This document shows, piece by piece, positions 48,541-57,373 of a DNA stretch of 64,000 nt. The stretch is taken from contig OY760686.1 in NCBI GenBank assembly GCA_963663865.1, positions 480,001 to 544,000 of the forward strand. Direction: 5' to 3'. A program made the position numbers and the translations under genes. Source of the DNA: Spirochaetota bacterium. GTDB lineage: Bacteria; Spirochaetota; UBA4802; UBA5550. Each line of letters begins with the position of its first letter. Position 1 is the first letter of the stretch. The notes under the pieces were generated by a model. The model did no database searches. It had not been told where the DNA came from and saw only the letters and a list, made by a program, of their open reading frames with translations.

Positions 48541-50191
48541 GGTGGTCGAGCCTCCGAAGCTCCGGGAGGAGGCCGTTTCGCAGAATAACGTTTACCGGTT
48601 CAGCCGATGACTCCGGATGGTCGGTGTTGTAGTGAAGGCCGATGCTGTCGGATCTGGCCATGGCCCCGGTAATAATAAGCTCCGCTATAGTCGCGAGGTT
48701 TCTTAGCTCAATCATTCGTGAAGAAAGGGTGCTCTTCCTGTAAACCTCGTGAATCTCATCTGTCAGGATGCGCATCCGTCTCGCTGCCATTTCAAGGCGC
48801 GTGTCGCAGCGGACTATGCCGACAAAGTCCCACATCAGCCGCTTGATGTGTTCCATATTGTGCTGAACAAGAATCCACTCATCGAGGTCGAATGTACCCT
48901 CCTTGTCCCACGATGGGAATTCCGGCGCTCTGGAGCCTGATATGCTCTTTACGATTTCGGCGGCATCGACAAAGGCCCTGTTTGAAAAGACAACCGCCTC
49001 AAGCAGGGAGTTGCTCGCGAGCCTGTTGGCTCCGTGTACGCCGGTGCAGGCCGATTCGCCTGCCGCGTAAAGTCGCTTTATCGCTGTCCGGCCGTTGAGG
49101 TCTGTGACAACACCGCCGCAGAGGTAGTGTGCAGCCGGCACTACCGGGATCGGGTCACGCGACATGTCGATTCCCTCGTCGAGGCAGTGGACAAATATCT
49201 GAGGGAAGCGGTTCTGAAGGTACTCCCTGTCACGGTGAGTAATGTCGAGGAAAACGCTCTCTTCGCCGCTTGCCTTAAGCTCCCGGTCAATGGCACGTGC
49301 AACAACATCGCGCGGAGCGAGGTCGGCGAGGGGGTGAATGCCCTCCATGAAGCGCTTGCCTCGCGAGTTGAGAAGCACAGCTCCTTCGCCCCGCACTGCC
49401 TCGCTTATGAGAAAGGCCGGTCCGTCGACATCCTTCTTGGAATAGAACGATGTCGGGTGAAACTGTATAAACTCCATATCGGCGATGGCAGCTCCCGATA
49501 GATAGGCCATCGCGATGCCGTCGCCAGTCGCGATTTCGGGATTTGTCGTGTGAAGATAGACCTGGCCTACGCCGCCGCTCGCGAGGAGTGTTACCTTCGC
49601 CCTGAATGTGATGACTTCGCCGCTGCTGTTGTTAAGGATGTAGGCGCCGTAGCAGGTGGGGCAGCCGTCTTCGGGCTCTGTGCCGAGCTGATGTTCGGTC
49701 AGCAGGTCTATTGCCGTGTGATCCTCGTGGATTTTTACGTTCGGCATTGATGCTATGCGCGCGAGCAGGGCCTTTTCGACTGTTTGGCCTGTAAGGTCTG
49801 CAGAGTGTACTATGCGGTTGTGTGAGTGGCCGCCTTCCTTGCCGAGGGAGAGGACCTTCTCGCCGCGGGCATTGTATTCCATGCTGAAACGGGCGCCCCA
49901 GTCAAGAAGTTCCGCTATCGCGGAAGGGCCCTCATGGACGAGGAGCTCAACCGACTTAATATCATTGAGATAGGCTCCCGCCTTAAGGGTATCCTGAATG
50001 TGATTGTCAAATGAATCGGACGGGTCCAGGACTGAAGCTATTCCGCCCTGGGCCCGGTTTGTGCTTGATTCCGACTCCTTCTTTTTAGTTACGATGTTTA
50101 CCGTGCCTGTTTCCGCCGCCCTTATAGCGAACGAAAGGCCGGCGATTCCGCTGCCGATAATAAGATAGTCGGAGTCAAGTACTGTGCTCAT
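48533..50191 (-). CDS. nadB: L-aspartate oxidase
   Basis: IGSGIAG, AQGGIA, EGGHSHNRI, QFHPT, LISEAVRGEG, LAPRDVVAR, AHYLCGG and HGANRLASNSLLE. Confidence 0.96.
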   Translation of the reverse strand: MSTVLDSDYLIIGSGIAGLSFAIRAAETGTVNIVTKKKESESSTNRAQGGIASVLDPSDSFDNHIQDTLKAGAYLNDIKSVELLVHEGPSAIAELLDWGARFSMEYNARGEKVLSLGKEGGHSHNRIVHSADLTGQTVEKALLARIASMPNVKIHEDHTAIDLLTEHQLGTEPEDGCPTCYGAYILNNSSGEVITFRAKVTLLASGGVGQVYLHTTNPEIATGDGIAMAYLSGAAIADMEFIQFHPTSFYSKKDVDGPAFLISEAVRGEGAVLLNSRGKRFMEGIHPLADLAPRDVVARAIDRELKASGEESVFLDITHRDREYLQNRFPQIFVHCLDEGIDMSRDPIPVVPAAHYLCGGVVTDLNGRTAIKRLYAAGESACTGVHGANRLASNSLLEAVVFSNRAFVDAAEIVKSISGSRAPEFPSWDKEGTFDLDEWILVQHNMEHIKRLMWDFVGIVRCDTRLEMAARRMRILTDEIHEVYRKSTLSSRMIELRNLATIAELIITGAMARSDSIGLHYNTDHPESSAEPVNVILRNGLLPELRRLDHRA

Positions 50192-50982
50192 TTTGAGGGT
50201 CTCCTTAAAGCGCTGAAGTTATTCTGAATCTGTTCGGCCAGCTCCTCAAGGGGCTGCTTTCTCAGTTTCGCCAGGTATTCATAGGTATGAATCACGTGTG
50301 AAGGCCTGTTTGGCTTTCCTCTGAGCGGCACCGGTGACAGGTATGGAGCGTCCGTTTCTGCGAGGATGCGGTCTGTCGGGACGTACTGTGCTGCCTCGTG
50401 TATCTCAAGCGCCTTTTTAAAGGTAGCATTTCCCGCGAATGAGATGTAAAATCCCATATCGAGGGCCTCCCGGGCGGCTTTTTTGCCTCCCGGAAAACAG
50501 TGCATTATGCCTCTGCCTGAGGATAGAGACCTCAGCACGGCCGCAGTGTCATCCCAGGCATCCCGTGAGTGTACAATGAGCGGCAGATTGCGGCGGTTTG
50601 CCAGGTCGATCTGAAACTCAAAGTATTTCAGCTGAATATTGCGGTCCGGCCCGTCGTCGTAGTGATAATCAAGACCGCACTCGCCTATTCCGAAGATAAG
50701 CTCTGCGGCATGTCCGGACAATGTTTCCGAGACAAAGCGGTCAAGTTCCGGAAGGTCATTATCCCCCCCCGAATGAGAAGGATGTATTCCCGCGCTGAAC
50801 AGTATTCCTTCGGAGCGATGAGCAAGGGCGATCGAACGCGAGTATTCAAGATTGGAAGTCCCAGTGGATATCTGAACCGCGGCCGTGACGCCGGCATGCT
50901 TCATCTCTGAAATTATATCAGTCAGAGAGTCAGAGCTGTTTTCTGACATTAAATCGAAGTGTGTGTGTGAATCAATGTACAT
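50188..50982 (-). CDS. tatD: TatD-family hydrolase
   Basis: DSHTH, GIHP, IGECGLDY, VHSR, HCF and ETDAPYL. Confidence 0.93.
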   Translation of the reverse strand: MYIDSHTHFDLMSENSSDSLTDIISEMKHAGVTAAVQISTGTSNLEYSRSIALAHRSEGILFSAGIHPSHSGGDNDLPELDRFVSETLSGHAAELIFGIGECGLDYHYDDGPDRNIQLKYFEFQIDLANRRNLPLIVHSRDAWDDTAAVLRSLSSGRGIMHCFPGGKKAAREALDMGFYISFAGNATFKKALEIHEAAQYVPTDRILAETDAPYLSPVPLRGKPNRPSHVIHTYEYLAKLRKQPLEELAEQIQNNFSALRRPSK

Positions 50983-51058
50983 TTTTTCCCCCGCATCAGT
51001 CTTTTAAAACATGGGGTATTCTGCAAGAAATTAATTTCAGGATAATCAGCATTTTAGT

Positions 51059-51087
51059 TTGACAGAATTCCCGCTACAGGTGATAAT
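51059..51087 (+). promoter_or_regulatory. Near-consensus sigma70 promoter of pyrBC
   Basis: TTGACA-17 nt-GATAAT, ending 10 nt before the ATG at 51098. Confidence 0.7.
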
Positions 51088-51097
51088 CAGTTTTAAT

Positions 51098-52048
51098 ATG
51101 AACTCACTAAAGCGTAAAGACCTGCTTGACATACAGTCGCTCACGACTGAAGAAATCATGCTGATATGCAATTCCGCAAAGTACTTTAAGGAAATATTTA
51201 CCCGTTCAGTTAAGAGCGTGCCCGTTCTCAGGGGAAAGACCGTTTGCACGCTTTTCTACGAGAACTCCACGAGAACGAGGCTGAGCTTTGATCTGGCGGC
51301 CAAGAGGCTTTCAGCCGATGTTATCAATGTCGCCGTATCTACGTCGAGTGTCGCCAAGGGCGAATCGCTCATTGATACCGTGCACACACTTGAGGCAATG
51401 AAAGCCGACTATATCGTTATGAGGCACGGGGCATCGCTCGCGCCTCATTTTTTATCGAAGAATATCAAAGCCTCGGTTATTAACGCGGGGGACGGCAACC
51501 ACGCTCATCCGACGCAGGCGCTGCTTGACACATATTCGATTATGGAGAGGCGCGGTTCTCTCGAGGGCCTCAGAATCGGTATCGTGGGGGATATCCTGCA
51601 CAGCAGGGTGGCCCGTTCGGACATTGAGGCTTTCAAGCGCCTGGGGGCCAGCGTTGTTCTCTGCGGCCCTCCGACTCTCGTGCCCGATGAGTTCAAGAGC
51701 TACGGCGTCGATATCTGTTACAACCTTGATGAGATTCTTCCTGAGCTTGATGTCATAAACATGCTTAGAATACAGCGGGAGAGACAGTCGGGAGCGTTTT
51801 TTCCTTCAATACGTGAATACAACCGGCAGTTTGCCCTGACAGGCGCGAGGCTGGGCCGGTGCAAGACGGATATTATTGTTATGCACCCGGGGCCGGCGAA
51901 CCGCGGTGTTGAGATGAGTAATGAGGTCTTTGACAGCCCGAACCTGATAATGAATGAACAGGTAACCAACGGAGTTGCCGTTAGAATGGCCATTTTCTAC
52001 CTGCTGGCCGGAGCGGCCCCGCTTGAAGACATGAAAGAGGCGCAATGA
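51098..52048 (+). CDS. pyrB: Aspartate carbamoyltransferase catalytic subunit
   Basis: FYENSTRTRLSF, HPTQALLD, GDILHSRV, RIQRER and HPGP; the ORF-track TTG start at 51059 coincides with the -35 box. Confidence 0.96.
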   Translation: MNSLKRKDLLDIQSLTTEEIMLICNSAKYFKEIFTRSVKSVPVLRGKTVCTLFYENSTRTRLSFDLAAKRLSADVINVAVSTSSVAKGESLIDTVHTLEAMKADYIVMRHGASLAPHFLSKNIKASVINAGDGNHAHPTQALLDTYSIMERRGSLEGLRIGIVGDILHSRVARSDIEAFKRLGASVVLCGPPTLVPDEFKSYGVDICYNLDEILPELDVINMLRIQRERQSGAFFPSIREYNRQFALTGARLGRCKTDIIVMHPGPANRGVEMSNEVFDSPNLIMNEQVTNGVAVRMAIFYLLAGAAPLEDMKEAQ

Positions 52049-53319
52049 AAATAGTAATAAAAAACGGAAGGCTTATCGACCCTGAGTCGGGAACCGATTC
52101 GCCCCAGAACCTTCTGCTTGAAGACGGTGTCATAGCCAGGAGAACGGCGGATCCGATTGAAGAGGGAGGCGCCGAGGTGATTGACGCCTCGGGCTGCATC
52201 GTTACTCCCGGGCTTATCGATATGCACGTTCACTTTCGAGAGCCGGGACGCGAAGACGTTGAAACGATAATCGGCGGTTCGAAGGTGGCAGCCAAGAGCG
52301 GATATACATCAGTATGCACAATGCCCAATACTGACCCTCCGATTGACAACCAGGCCCTTGTGAGGTTTATAAAGCTTGAGGCGGAAAAGGGCCCGATTAA
52401 CGTTTACCCCGCGGCGAAGATCACCAGAAACGACGGCGTGCTTCTTTCGGAGATGGGCGAGCTCATAAATGCCGGAGCTGTTGCCTTTACTGATGACGGA
52501 CTTCCAGTAAAAAGCTCTGTGGTTATGAGGCGCGCGCTTGAGTATTCGAGGATGTTCGATGTGCCGCTGCTGACTCATTCAGAGGATCTTGAACTGACCG
52601 GCGGCGGGCTCATGAATGAAGGCGTGAATTCAATCCTTCTCGGACTGTGCGGAATACCCCGTGAGTCGGAAGAGGTCATGATAGCAAGAGACGTTCTTCT
52701 GACGAGGCTTACACAGGGAAGGCTTCATGTGTGTCATGTTTCATCCGCGGGATCGGCCGAGATAATAAGGCTGGCCAGAAATCATGGAATACGCGTTACA
52801 GCTGAAACGGCGCCTCATTACTTTTCCCTTACGGATGATGCAGTTGCGGAGCATATGTCAATGGCCAAGATGAAGCCCCCGCTTCGTACGGACGAGGACA
52901 GGCGCGCGATGATTGAGGCGCTCAGGGAGGGCCTTATCGAGGTCATAGCGACAGACCACGCGCCTCACTCCGGAAATGAGAAGATGCAGGAGATGGAGTA
53001 TGCTCCGTTCGGCATTATCGGGCTTGAGACGGCGGTACCCCTGATTATAACCGTTCTTGTCAAACAGAACAGGTTTTCCTATTTGCAGGCTTTCGAGAAG
53101 GTGACGATAAACCCGGCACGCATACTCAGGCTCAATGCCGGCACTCTTTCAGAAGGCAGCCCGGCTGATGTGACCGTAATTGATCCAGAGAAGGAAGTCC
53201 TTATTGATGAGGATTTTATACTCTCTCATTGCAAGAATACGCCCTTTATGGGAATGAGGCTTAATGGCTCGGTGGAGTACACTATCTGCGGTGGCAGAGT
53301 TGTGTATTCCAGGCAATGA
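52045..53319 (+). CDS. pyrC: Dihydroorotase (type I)
   Basis: DMHVHFREPG, MPNT, HVCHVSS, PPLR and ATDHAPH; 4-nt overlap with pyrB. Confidence 0.95.
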   Translation: MKIVIKNGRLIDPESGTDSPQNLLLEDGVIARRTADPIEEGGAEVIDASGCIVTPGLIDMHVHFREPGREDVETIIGGSKVAAKSGYTSVCTMPNTDPPIDNQALVRFIKLEAEKGPINVYPAAKITRNDGVLLSEMGELINAGAVAFTDDGLPVKSSVVMRRALEYSRMFDVPLLTHSEDLELTGGGLMNEGVNSILLGLCGIPRESEEVMIARDVLLTRLTQGRLHVCHVSSAGSAEIIRLARNHGIRVTAETAPHYFSLTDDAVAEHMSMAKMKPPLRTDEDRRAMIEALREGLIEVIATDHAPHSGNEKMQEMEYAPFGIIGLETAVPLIITVLVKQNRFSYLQAFEKVTINPARILRLNAGTLSEGSPADVTVIDPEKEVLIDEDFILSHCKNTPFMGMRLNGSVEYTICGGRVVYSRQ

Positions 53320-53357
53320 TAAGGATGGTCTTATTTCCATAAAAAATTATTTAAAAC

Positions 53358-53386
53358 TTGACTTTCATATAGAATCGCTTTAAAGA
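53358..53386 (+). promoter_or_regulatory. Sigma70-like promoter for GH3 paralog 2
   Basis: TTGACT-17 nt-TAAAGA, same form as the paralog 1 promoter. Confidence 0.45.
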
Positions 53387-53616
53387 ATGCCATTCCCGGT
53401 TAGGCGTGATCAGCCAGGGTTCTGTTTATGATTCACCGGGGCGTTGTATCCGGATGCTAAAAACAAGGACTTTTCAATAAAGATTTTGCTAATAAAAAAA
53501 TAAATGAGGAGGAATGCCGATTTAAAAATCAAACATAATGAATAATATAAGAAGGTAATTTGATAATTACCTCTTATTATTATAAAAAACATAAAATTAT
53601 AGGAGGAGGATTTTTT

Positions 53617-56040
53617 ATGAAAAAAATTCTTTCGTATCTTATTCTCATGCTTGCCGTGTGCGCCCTGACGTTCACAGCCTGCGGGGATGATGACAAAGAT
53701 GACCCAACACCAACGCCGGGGCCGTTCGATGATGGGACTGCATGTGAAACGGGCGAGAGCATTTACTGTGTTGACGGTGTCTACTCTCAGCCGAAGATAG
53801 TCATTGGTGATGGTGTTGAAAAGACAACCCTTTCAGTAGAAGTTACTGATGCGCAGGGGAACCCTGTTACTTACACTTTCAAGGACTCTGACGGCGACGG
53901 TGCCCTTGACAAGTATGAAGACTGGAGACTCAGCGTAAGCGACAGGGCTGATGATCTTATCTCCCAGCTTTCAAATGATCAAAAAGGCGCTTTCCTCTAT
54001 GAGACTTTCTGGATGAACAAAAATGTCGGGGCCCCTACGGCCAATGCGGAAGTCAGCGAGACTGTTAAAGGCTATATCGACAACTGGCAGCTGAGATTTT
54101 CTCTTGCTGGTGAAAATACCGATTATACCCACAATCTGCAGACGCAATATCATAATAATATTCAGAAACTCTGTGAAGCCGCTGATTTCGGGGTTCCTAT
54201 GATGCTCTGTGTTGACCCGGCTACAGGATGGGGAATCAATCAGGATGTCTCCGGTTATGAAGCTAAAAACAACCACAAGGTGGTAGGCCGCTGGTGTTAC
54301 AATCTCGGATTGGGAGCAATAAACGATCCGGATTACGTAAAAGAAGTAGCTGGTTACCATGCTCAGGCTTACAAGGCTCATGGAATCAACATGCTTCTTG
54401 GGCCAATGTGCGACGTTATTGGCGAACCGAGATGGGCTCGTGTCTATGACACAATGGGCTCTGACCCGGAAATAGTAGGTAACAACGTTAAGGCTTACAT
54501 CCAGGGACTGCAGGGCAGCGATGATGGAACTGGAGTTATTACTGTCGCAGCCACAATTAAGCACTTTCCCGGAGGCGGAGCAAACGAGGACGGTATGGAC
54601 AGCCATACATGGCCGGGAAGGTATGCGGCTAATGCCGGAAACAACTTCGAAGCGCATGTAGGGGCATTTGCCACAGCTCTCGAAGCCAATCCTGCCTGCC
54701 TTATGCCTTGCTACAGCATTTTCCATAACGCAGTGTACAAGGGAACAGCGGTTGAAGAGCTGAAAACCTCTCACCATGTTGAAGAGATCATGATTGATAT
54801 TCTCAGAGAAGACCTTGGATGGGATGGAATGGTTACCTCTGACTGGGGAGCTGTTACTGGAAACTATGCAGGTGCTGCTTATTTCGCTGTTGGTGGTTCT
54901 TGCTACGGTTTCCCGACAGATGTCACAACTAACGATGTTGTCAAGTCATACGCTGACTGCGGCGGTCACCAGATTGGTATGGGCGGCTACGACGAGTGGC
55001 TTAAAGCCCTTGCTGACGGTTTTATTACTCAGGAACAATATGACAACGCGGCCAAGAAATGTGTAGAAGTAACATTTAAAGTCGGCGCGTTTGAGAATCC
55101 ATATGTGGATGAGGATAATGTTGATGCATTCTTCCAGGGCCTTGAAGACAAAATCGCTGAGGTTACGAAGAAGGCTATGGTACTCGTGAAAAACGAAGAC
55201 AGCACCCTTCCTGTTGCAAGCGGGAAAAAGGTTTACTTTGATGGTGTTGATGACTCAGTTCTCAGTTACTTTACGGATGTCACCGTAACAAGTTCTCTTG
55301 AAGACGCAGATATAGCGATTATCAGGATCGCAGCTCGTAAGGGAGAATATTTCGGAATGCAGTCACAATATACGATACAGGAAGGAGATCCTGAAAGATA
55401 TGGAGCTGTAGGTTCCGGCTTTCTTGGAGGCGGAGTTCCTATCGGGTTTCTTGATGTAATTAAAACATATTACCCTGATGCCGATCCGGGCAGTGAAGAC
55501 AATACCCGCGGTGAGCCATATCTGGATAATAACAGCAATATGGCTGCCAGCAATGGAAATCACAATCCATATCAGGTACGCCATCAGGCATGGGATGGCA
55601 TCAAAAAGCTTCAGAGGGCAATTGCGGCACGCGATACAGGTGGAGCTGCTGAGTCGGCCCCTCAAGAAGGAACCAATGGAACTTACTGGGACACAGATGC
55701 GATGAATCCGATTGACTGCGATACAAATGGAGATGGTGATTACGACGATGCCGGATTTGTCGCAAACAGCAATCTGAAGATCGTAGCCTGTGTATTCGGC
55801 GTAAGACCTTTTGAGTACAGAACAGAATTTGACAGCATTGACGCCATGGTTGTTGACTTTGGTATTAATGATGAGAACCTTCTCGGTGCTCTTCTCGGCG
55901 AAGATGACTTCTCATTTTCATCAAAGCTTCCATATGGACTTCCGGCAAACAACACTGTTGTTGAAGAAGCCAAAGAGGATCTCTTTGAGGATGAGGCAAG
56001 CATCCCTGTAGTTAGAGGCACTGGAATTCAGGGCTGGTAA
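53617..56040 (+). CDS. GH3 beta-glycosidase lipoprotein (paralog 2)
   Basis: ATG after AGGAGG (ORF track starts at 53560); lipobox FTA-C; DSDGDGALDKYE; LGPMCD, PRWAR, KHFPG and GMVTSDWG. Confidence 0.92.
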   Translation: MKKILSYLILMLAVCALTFTACGDDDKDDPTPTPGPFDDGTACETGESIYCVDGVYSQPKIVIGDGVEKTTLSVEVTDAQGNPVTYTFKDSDGDGALDKYEDWRLSVSDRADDLISQLSNDQKGAFLYETFWMNKNVGAPTANAEVSETVKGYIDNWQLRFSLAGENTDYTHNLQTQYHNNIQKLCEAADFGVPMMLCVDPATGWGINQDVSGYEAKNNHKVVGRWCYNLGLGAINDPDYVKEVAGYHAQAYKAHGINMLLGPMCDVIGEPRWARVYDTMGSDPEIVGNNVKAYIQGLQGSDDGTGVITVAATIKHFPGGGANEDGMDSHTWPGRYAANAGNNFEAHVGAFATALEANPACLMPCYSIFHNAVYKGTAVEELKTSHHVEEIMIDILREDLGWDGMVTSDWGAVTGNYAGAAYFAVGGSCYGFPTDVTTNDVVKSYADCGGHQIGMGGYDEWLKALADGFITQEQYDNAAKKCVEVTFKVGAFENPYVDEDNVDAFFQGLEDKIAEVTKKAMVLVKNEDSTLPVASGKKVYFDGVDDSVLSYFTDVTVTSSLEDADIAIIRIAARKGEYFGMQSQYTIQEGDPERYGAVGSGFLGGGVPIGFLDVIKTYYPDADPGSEDNTRGEPYLDNNSNMAASNGNHNPYQVRHQAWDGIKKLQRAIAARDTGGAAESAPQEGTNGTYWDTDAMNPIDCDTNGDGDYDDAGFVANSNLKIVACVFGVRPFEYRTEFDSIDAMVVDFGINDENLLGALLGEDDFSFSSKLPYGLPANNTVVEEAKEDLFEDEASIPVVRGTGIQGW

Positions 56041-56069
56041 TTACATCAATAACAGAATATGATGTTAAT

Positions 56070-56105
56070 AAAAGTGGGCGTCCTTACGGCGCCCTCTTTT
56101 TTTTT
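56070..56105 (+). terminator. Intrinsic terminator after GH3 paralog 2
   Basis: GGGCGTCC-TTAC-GGCGCCC hairpin followed by a long T run. Confidence 0.8.
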
Positions 56106-56256
56106 GCGGCCGTCATGCTTGTTTGCCTTTAGGCGGGTAACAGGGATATCGCCATGTTAATAAATCTATCTCTTCAAAATAAAAAATCATTTGACCAAAA
56201 TATTATCCGGTATTGTACTCTGATTTCTGGATTTAAACTGGCTTGCGGGGGAATGC

Positions 56257-57330
56257 GTGAAAGATAGACAGATTCTCATAATGTCAGCAATATGCGCTCT
56301 GTTTTTTGTTATGGCTGGAAGTTATCAGCCAAAGTTTTTATTTTATCATGCCTTGAATTTCCACGCCGCTCTTTTTTTCTTCGTTATAGGTTGTGGGAGA
56401 GGGCTTTCTGAAAGAAGTATATCTATAGTCGGTGAATTGGCTTCATTGCTGAAAAAAAGGCTGGGTGGTTTCTATCTTAACAATCTGATATTTGCCGTCC
56501 TGACAATAATTGTTGTAAGCGCTGGTATCGGTTCAGGAAATCCGGCTCCCGCATTCGGTTCAATGTCAGAAACCCTGGATTCAATAGGAAACTTTTTTAC
56601 TGATCCTTTTCTGGCCGGTGACCAGTATCCCCTTTTCGCTACAGCTTGGCTTTTTATTCAATTGTTTATTGTGCAGTTTCTTTTTCTCTTGCTGCGTTTT
56701 TCTGACAAGCTTCCATATCTTGGAGGTCTTCTGCTTTTTTCGGTTATCTTCGCTCTGGTACAGGCCGATGGAGCTCCCAAAAAACCTGCGGGAGCTGATC
56801 TTGTTTTGATACGTACTTCCTTCGCTTTTATGTTCTATCTCGCCGGATACATTATTGCGAGTCTTCCTGACGATATCAGGCAAAGACTTATTTCTCCTGT
56901 TGCGATTGTCTGCAGCTTTATTCTCATAAATGTTATTCAGGCATTTTTTGGAGAGACGCATTATTTTATAAAACAGGGCGTTATTCCGAACAGCAGCTAC
57001 GGGGCCGTCTTTCTGTCCACCTTTTTGATAGTGGTGATGGTCTACCAGCTATCTCATTACATCGCTGCTGTTGTCAGGGAAAACAGCCTGATTCTTAAGC
57101 TGGGAGAGCACTTCGAACAGGTGCTCATCTGGCATCCCACGGTGTTCTTTGTAATCAATTTGATTTTGGTTGCGTTCGGTTTGATGCAGGCAGAGGAGCT
57201 CCTGAAGGGAGGGGTTTCCCATGCTATACACAAGACATGGCTTATCTATGTAGTTTCTGCGGTTGCTGTCCCTGCCGTAGCAGCGGCGGCATTCGTAAAA
57301 TTAAAAAAACGCGTATGCGGCGTGAGCTGA
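56257..57330 (+). CDS. Acyltransferase-3 family membrane protein, divergent copy
   Basis: Polytopic; FHAALFFF and AWLFIQLF; clear paralog of the next gene. Confidence 0.7.
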   Translation: MKDRQILIMSAICALFFVMAGSYQPKFLFYHALNFHAALFFFVIGCGRGLSERSISIVGELASLLKKRLGGFYLNNLIFAVLTIIVVSAGIGSGNPAPAFGSMSETLDSIGNFFTDPFLAGDQYPLFATAWLFIQLFIVQFLFLLLRFSDKLPYLGGLLLFSVIFALVQADGAPKKPAGADLVLIRTSFAFMFYLAGYIIASLPDDIRQRLISPVAIVCSFILINVIQAFFGETHYFIKQGVIPNSSYGAVFLSTFLIVVMVYQLSHYIAAVVRENSLILKLGEHFEQVLIWHPTVFFVINLILVAFGLMQAEELLKGGVSHAIHKTWLIYVVSAVAVPAVAAAAFVKLKKRVCGVS

Positions 57331-57373
57331 ACGCAGTGTTTTCCGATTATGTGACTGTTTCCGGGGGGTTAAG

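Noticed and set aside
47954-48610. 218-aa plus-strand ORF over GNAT and the aminotransferase
   Set aside because: Overlaps three better-supported minus-strand genes; atypical composition.
50763-50770. G8 run within tatD as a frameshift site
   Set aside because: Frame is intact (encodes S-G-G-D) and gives a full-length TatD.
44875-53616. Invertible segment bounded by the inverted GH3 paralogs
   Set aside because: Paralogs are visibly diverged at the DNA level and no recombinase is present in the window.
53971-54777. 268-aa antisense ORF inside GH3 paralog 2
   Set aside because: Explained by codon bias on the coding strand; no recognisable features.
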